From Eledone cirrhosa (taxonomy: Eukaryota): DNA of 64,000 nt. The position numbers and the translations under genes were made by a program. Under the pieces are notes generated by a model, which was given only the letters and a program-made list of their open reading frames with translations, did not search any database and had not been told where the DNA came from. The stretch spans positions 86,676,001-86,740,000 of the forward strand of contig OZ024744.1 of assembly GCA_964016885.1 (NCBI GenBank), read 5' to 3'. This document shows, piece by piece, positions 56,432 through 64,000 of this stretch (within the stretch, counting starts at the first letter, position 1; every line of letters starts with the position of its first letter).

Positions 56432-56538
56432 GATGATTATGATAATGATGATGATAATTAAGATGATGATGATGATGATGATGATAATGATGATGATGAT
56501 GATGATAATGATTATGATAATGATGATGATGATGATGT

Positions 56539-56580
<42 letters not shown>

Positions 56581-56591
56581 GGATGATGATA

Positions 56592-56623
<32 letters not shown>

Positions 56624-56735
56624 GGTGATGATGATGATTGTGATAATGATGATGATAATGATGATGATGATGATGATAATGATTATGATAATGATAATGA
56701 TGATGTTGATGATGATGGTGATGATGATGATGTTT

Positions 56736-56774
<39 letters not shown>

Positions 56775-56775
56775 G
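56070..56775. repeat. (GAT)n imperfect microsatellite
   Basis: Direct inspection. Confidence 0.95.
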
Positions 56776-57059
56776 TGTTGCCATTGTCGTTGTAATCCCT
56801 AATATCCCTCTCTGCATTACCATCTCTACAAGCCACACCGTCATAATCATGAAACAAAATACATCGTCGCTTAGGTCCTTAACCAAATTATCCATATCCT
56901 CCAACCGGGTGGGTGCTCTACTTACTCAATTTTTTTTCTTTATTCTCGCCTTCTTTGTCAATTGCGTCAGCCCTATTTCAATCCTTGTAAAAAAACAACA
57001 ACAACAACAACAACAACAAAACACTACCACCACCACTAACACCACCACCAAAACTACCA

Positions 57060-60000
57060 TCCAACCACCGCCACCACCACCAACACCTTCACCACCATCA
57101 TCACCACCACAATAACCACCACTACCACCACCACCGCCACCACCAACACCTTCACCATCTTCATCACCACCACAATAACCACCACCACCACCACCGCCAC
57201 CACCAACACCTTCACCATCATCATCACCACCACAATAACCACCACTACCACCACCGCCACCACCAACACCTTCACCATCTTCATCACCACCACAATAACC
57301 ACCACCACCACCACCGCCACCACCAACACCTTCACCATCTTCATCACCACCACAATAACCACCACCACCACCACCACCGCCACCACCAACACCTTCACCA
57401 TCTTCATCACCACCACAATAACCACCACCACCACCACCGCCACCACCAACACCTTCACCATCATCATCACCACCACAATAACCACCACTACCACCACCGC
57501 CACCACCAACACCTTCACCATCATCATCACCACCACAATAACCACCACTACCACCACCGCCACCACCAACACCTTCACCATCATCATCACCACCACAATA
57601 ACCACCACTACCACCACCGCCACCACCAACACCTTCACCACCATCATCACCACCACAATAACCACCACTAACACCACCGCCACCACCAACACCTTCACCA
57701 CCATCATCACCACCACAATAACCACCACTACCACCACCGCCACCACCAACACCTTCACCACCATCATCACCACCACAATAACCACCACCACCACCACCGC
57801 CACCACCAACACCTCCACCATCATCATCACCACCACAATAACCACCACCACCACCACTGCCACCACCAACACCTTCACCACCATCATCACCACCACAATA
57901 ACCACCACCACCACCACTGCCACCACCAACACCTTCACCACCATCATCACCACCACATTAACCACCACCACCACCACTGCCACCACCAATACCTTCACCA
58001 CCATCATCACCACCACAATAACCACCACCACCACCACTGCCACCACCAACACCTTCACCACCATCATCACCACCACATTAACCACCACTAACACCACCGC
58101 CACCACCAACACCTTCACCACCATCATCACCACCACAATAACCACCACTACCACCACTGCCACCACCAACACCTTCACCACCATCATCACCACCACAATA
58201 ACCACCACTACCACCACCGCCACCACCAACACCTTCACCACCATCATCACCACCACAATAACCACCACTACCACCACCGCCACCACCATCACCTTCACCA
58301 CCATCATCACCACCACAATAATCACCACTACCACCACCGCCACCACCAACACCTTCACCACCATCATCACCACCACAATAACCACCACTACCACCACCAC
58401 CGCCACCACCAACACCTTCACCATCATCATCACCACCACAATAACCACCACCACCACCACCGCCACCACCAACACCTCCACCATCATCATCACCACCACA
58501 ATAACCACCACCACCACCACCGCCACCACCAACACCTTCACCATCTTCATCACCACCACAATAACCACCACCACCACCACCACCGCCACCACCAACACCT
58601 TCACCATCTTCATCACCACCACAATAACCACCACCACCACCACCGCCACCACCAACACCTTCACCATCATCATCACCACCACAATAACCACCACTACCAC
58701 CACCGCCACCACCAACACCTTCACCATCATCATCACCACCACAATAACCACCACTACCACCACCGCCACCACCAACACCTTCACCATCATCATCACCACC
58801 ACAATAACCACCACTACCACCACCGCCACCACCAACACCTTCACCACCATCATCACCACCACAATAACCACCACTAACACCACCGCCACCACCAACACCT
58901 TCACCACCATCATCACCACCACAATAACCACCACTACCACCACCGCCACCACCAACACCTTCACCACCATCATCACCACCACAATAACCACCACCACCAC
59001 CACCGCCACCACCAACACCTCCACCATCATCATCACCACCACAATAACCACCACCACCACCACTGCCACCACCAACACCTTCACCACCATCATCACCACC
59101 ACAATAACCACCACCACCACCACTGCCACCACCAACACCTTCACCACCATCATCCCCACCACATTAACCACCACCACCACCACTGCCACCACCAATACCT
59201 TCACCACCATCATCACCACCACAATAACCACCACCACCACCACTGCCACCACCAACACCTTCACCACCATCATCACCACCACATTAACCACCACTAACAC
59301 CACCGCCACCACCAACACCTTCACCACCATCATCACCACCACAATAACCACCACTACCACCACTGCCACCACCAACACCTTCACCACCATCATCACCACC
59401 ACAATAACCACCACTACCACCACCGCCACCACCAACACCTTCACCACCATCATCACCACCACAATAACCACCACTACCACCACCGCCACCACCATCACCT
59501 TCACCACCATCATCACCACCACAATAATCACCACTACCACCACCGCCACCACCAACACCTTCACCACCATCATCACCACCACAATAACCACCACTACCAC
59601 CACCACCGCCACCACCAACACCTTCACCATCATCATCACCACCACAATAACCACCACCACCACCACCGCCACCACCAACACCTCCACCATCATCATCACC
59701 ACCACAATAACCACCACCACCACCACTGCCACCACCAACACCTTCACCACCATCATCACCACCACAATAACCACCACTACCACCACCGCCACCACCAATA
59801 CCTTCACCACCATCATCACCACCACAATAACCACCACTACCACCACCGCCACCACCATCACCTTCACCACCATCATCACCACCACAATAATCACCACTAC
59901 CACCACCGCCACCACCAACACCTTCACCACCATCATCACCACCACAATAACCACCACTACCACCACCACCGCCACCACCAACACCTTCACCATCATCATC

Positions 60001-63000
60001 ACCACCACAATAACCACCACCACCACCACCGCCACCACCAACACCTCCACCATCATCATCACCACCACAATAACCACCACCACCACCACTGCCACCACCA
60101 ACACCTTCACCACCATCATCACCACCACAATAATCCACCACTACCACCACCGCCACCACCAATACCTTCACCACGATCATCATCGCCACCACAATAACCA
60201 CCACTACCACCACTGCCACCACCAACACCTTCACCACGATCATCATCGCCACCACAATAACCACCACCACCACCACCGCCACCACCAACACCTCCACCAT
60301 CATCATCACCACCACAATAACCACCACCACCACCACTGCCACCACCAACACCTTCACCACCATCATCACCACCACAATAACCACCACTACCACCACTGCC
60401 ACCACCAACACCTTCACCACCATCATCACCACCACAATAATCACCACTACCACCACCGCCACCACCAACACCTTCACCACCATCATCACCACCACAATAA
60501 CCACCACTACCACCACCACCGCCACCACCAACACCTTCACCATCATCATCACCACCACAATAACCACCACCACCACCACTGCCACCACCAACATCTTCAC
60601 CACCATCATCACCACCACAATAACCACCACCACCACCACCACCGCCACCACCAACACCTTCACCACGATCATCATCACCACCACAATAACCACCACTACC
60701 ACCACCGCCACCACCAACACCTTCACCATCATCATCACCACCACAATAACCACCACCACCACCACTGCCACCACCAACACCTCCACCATCATCATCACCA
60801 CCACAATAACCACCACCACCACCACCGCCACCACCAACACCTTCACCATCTTCATCACCACCACAATAACCACCACCACCACCACCACCGCCACCACCAA
60901 CACCTTCACCATCTTCATCACCACCACAATAACCACCACCACCACCACCGCCACCACCAACACCTTCACCATCATCATCACCACCACAATAACCACCACT
61001 ACCACCACCGCCACCACCAACACCTTCACCATCATCATCACCACCACAATAACCACCACTACCACCACCGCCACCACCAACACCTTCACCATCATCATCA
61101 CCACCACAATAACCACCACTACCACCACCGCCACCACCAACACCTTCACCACCATCATCACCACCACAATAACCACCACTAACACCACCGCCACCACCAA
61201 CACCTTCACCACCATCATCACCACCACAATAACCACCACTACCACCACCGCCACCACCAACACCTTCACCACCATCATCACCACCACAATAACCACCACC
61301 ACCACCACCGCCACCACCAACACCTCCACCATCATCATCACCACCACAATAACCACCACCACCACCACTGCCACCACCAACACCTTCACCACCATCATCA
61401 CCACCACAATAACCACCACCACCACCACTGCCACCACCAACACCTTCACCACCATCATCACCACCACATTAACCACCACCACCACCACTGCCACCACCAA
61501 TACCTTCACCACCATCATCACCACCACAATAACCACCACCACCACCACTGCCACCACCAACACCTTCACCACCATCATCACCACCACATTAACCACCACT
61601 AACACCACCGCCACCACCAACACCTTCACCACCATCATCACCACCACAATAACCACCACTACCACCACTGCCACCACCAACACCTTCACCACCATCATCA
61701 CCACCACAATAACCACCACTACCACCACTGCCACCACCAACACCTTCACCACCATCATCACCACCACAATAACCACCACTACCACCACCGCCACCACCAT
61801 CACCTTCACCACCATCATCACCACCACAATAATCACCACTACCACCACCGCCACCACCAACACCTTCACCACCATCATCACCACCACAATAACCACCACT
61901 ACCACCACCACCGCCACCACCAACACCTTCACCATCATCATCACCACCACAATAACCACCACCACCACCACCGCCACCACCAACACCTCCACCATCATCA
62001 TCACCACCACAATAACCACCACCACCACCACTGCCACCACCAACACCTTCACCACCATCATCACCACCACAATAACCACCACTACCACCACCGCCACCAC
62101 CAATACCTTCACCACCATCATCACCACCACAATAACCACCACTACCACCACCGCCACCACCATCACCTTCACCACCATCATCACCACCACAATAATCACC
62201 ACTACCACCACCGCCACCACCAACACCTTCACCACCATCATCACCACCACAATAACCACCACTACCACCACCACCGCCACCACCAACACCTTCACCATCA
62301 TCATCACCACCACAATAACCACCACCACCACCACCGCCACCACCAACACCTCCACCATCATCATCACCACCACAATAACCACCACCACCACCACTGCCAC
62401 CACCAACACCTTCACCACCATCATCACCACCACAATAATCCACCACTACCACCACCGCCACCACCAATACCTTCACCACGATCATCATCGCCACCACAAT
62501 AACCACCACTACCACCACTGCCACCACCAACACCTTCACCACGATCATCATCGCCACCACAATAACCACCACCACCACCACCGCCACCACCAACACCTCC
62601 ACCATCATCATCACCACCACAATAACCACCACCACCACCACTGCCACCACCAACACCTTCACCACCATCATCACCACCACAATAACCACCACTACCACCA
62701 CTGCCACCACCAACACCTTCACCACCATCATCACCACCACAATAATCACCACTACCACCACCGCCACCACCAACACCTTCACCACCATCATCACCACCAC
62801 AATAACCACCACTACCACCACCACCGCCACCACCAACACCTTCACCATCATCATCACCACCACAATAACCACCACCACCACCACTGCCACCACCAACATC
62901 TTCACCACCATCATCACCACCACAATAACCACCACTACCACCACTGCCACCACCAACACCTTCACCACCATCATCACCACCACATTAACCACCACTACCA

Positions 63001-64000
63001 CCACCGCCACCACCAATACCTTCACCACCATCATCACCACCACAATAACCACCACTACCACCACCGCCACCACCAACACCTTCACCACCATCATCACCAC
63101 CACAATAACCACCACTACCACCACCGCCACCACCAACACCTTCACCACCATCATCACCACCACATTAACCACCACTACCACCACCGCCACCACCAATACC
63201 TTCACCACCATCATCACCACCACAATAACCACCACCACCACCACTGCCACCACCAACACCTTCACCACCATCATCACCACCACAATAACCACCACTAACA
63301 CCACCGCCACCACCAACACCTTCACCACCATCATCACCACCACAATAACCACCACCACCACCACTGCCACCACCAACACCTTCACCACCATCATCACCAC
63401 CACAATAACGACCAACACCACTGCCACCACCAACACCTTCACCACCATCATCACCACCACAATAACCACCACCACCACCACTGCCACCACCAATACCTTC
63501 ACCACCATCATCACCACCACAATAACGACCACCACCACTGCCACCACCAACACCTTCACCATCATCATCACCACCACATTAACCACCACTACCACCACTG
63601 CCACCACCAACACCTTCACCACCATCATCACCACCACAATAACCACCACCACCACCACTGCCACCACCAACACCTTCACCACCATCATCACCACCACATT
63701 AACCACCACTACCACCACCGCCACCACCAACACCTTCACCACCATCATCACCACCACAATAACCACCACCACCACCACTGCCACCACCAATACCTTCACC
63801 ACCATCATCACCACCACAATAACCACCACTACCACCACCGCCACCACCATCACCTTCACCACCATCATCACCACCACATTAACCACCACTACCACCACCG
63901 CCACCACCAACACCTTCACCACCATCATCACCACCACAATAACCACCACCACCACCACTGCCACCACCAACACCTTCACCACCATCATCACCCCCACATT
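57060..64000. repeat. 60-bp (ACC)-derived satellite, more than 110 units, running off the window
   Basis: Unit accaccac(c/t)accaccac(c/t)gccaccaccaacaccttcaccaccatcatcaccaccacaata, seen in register over many 60-nt lines. Confidence 0.97.

Noticed and set aside
57054-63997. 800-1049 aa Val/Met-rich and GGYCGGDD ORFs, plus Thr- or His-rich plus-strand frames
   Set aside because: These are translations of the 60-bp satellite. The Gly frame is broken by TAA variants, all frames shift at ~60134 and ~62439, and there is no unique domain.
57060-64000. CRISPR-like regular array
   Set aside because: There are no unique spacers and no cas genes, and the context is eukaryotic.

Overview
Eukaryotic, AT-rich, repeat-saturated DNA with no recognisable intact host gene. 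The (TA)n/(CA)n/(TATC)n/(TAA)n microsatellites and SINE types suggest an invertebrate, possibly an octopus-like mollusc (inference). Mobile elements include three Tx1/L1-type LINEs (one full length), two R4/Dong-type RLE LINEs in (TAA)n, a decayed Penelope-like element (RT plus GIY-YIG), three Helitrons, CRE-like 3' fragments and tRNA-derived SINEs. A ~7 kb 60-bp satellite with nested higher-order periods ends the window. The most striking signal is a dense set of short non-coding fold-back elements in (TA)n tracts, from about ten unrelated families. They carry about 17 recognisable minimal type-I hammerhead ribozyme motifs (CUGANGA...GAAA). Several have complete stems I-III, and one diverged pair shows compensatory changes in all three stems. 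Most share an 'arm / inverted arm + tail' layout typical of Penelope-like retrotransposition. Coordinates were read by eye, so ends may be off by a few bases.
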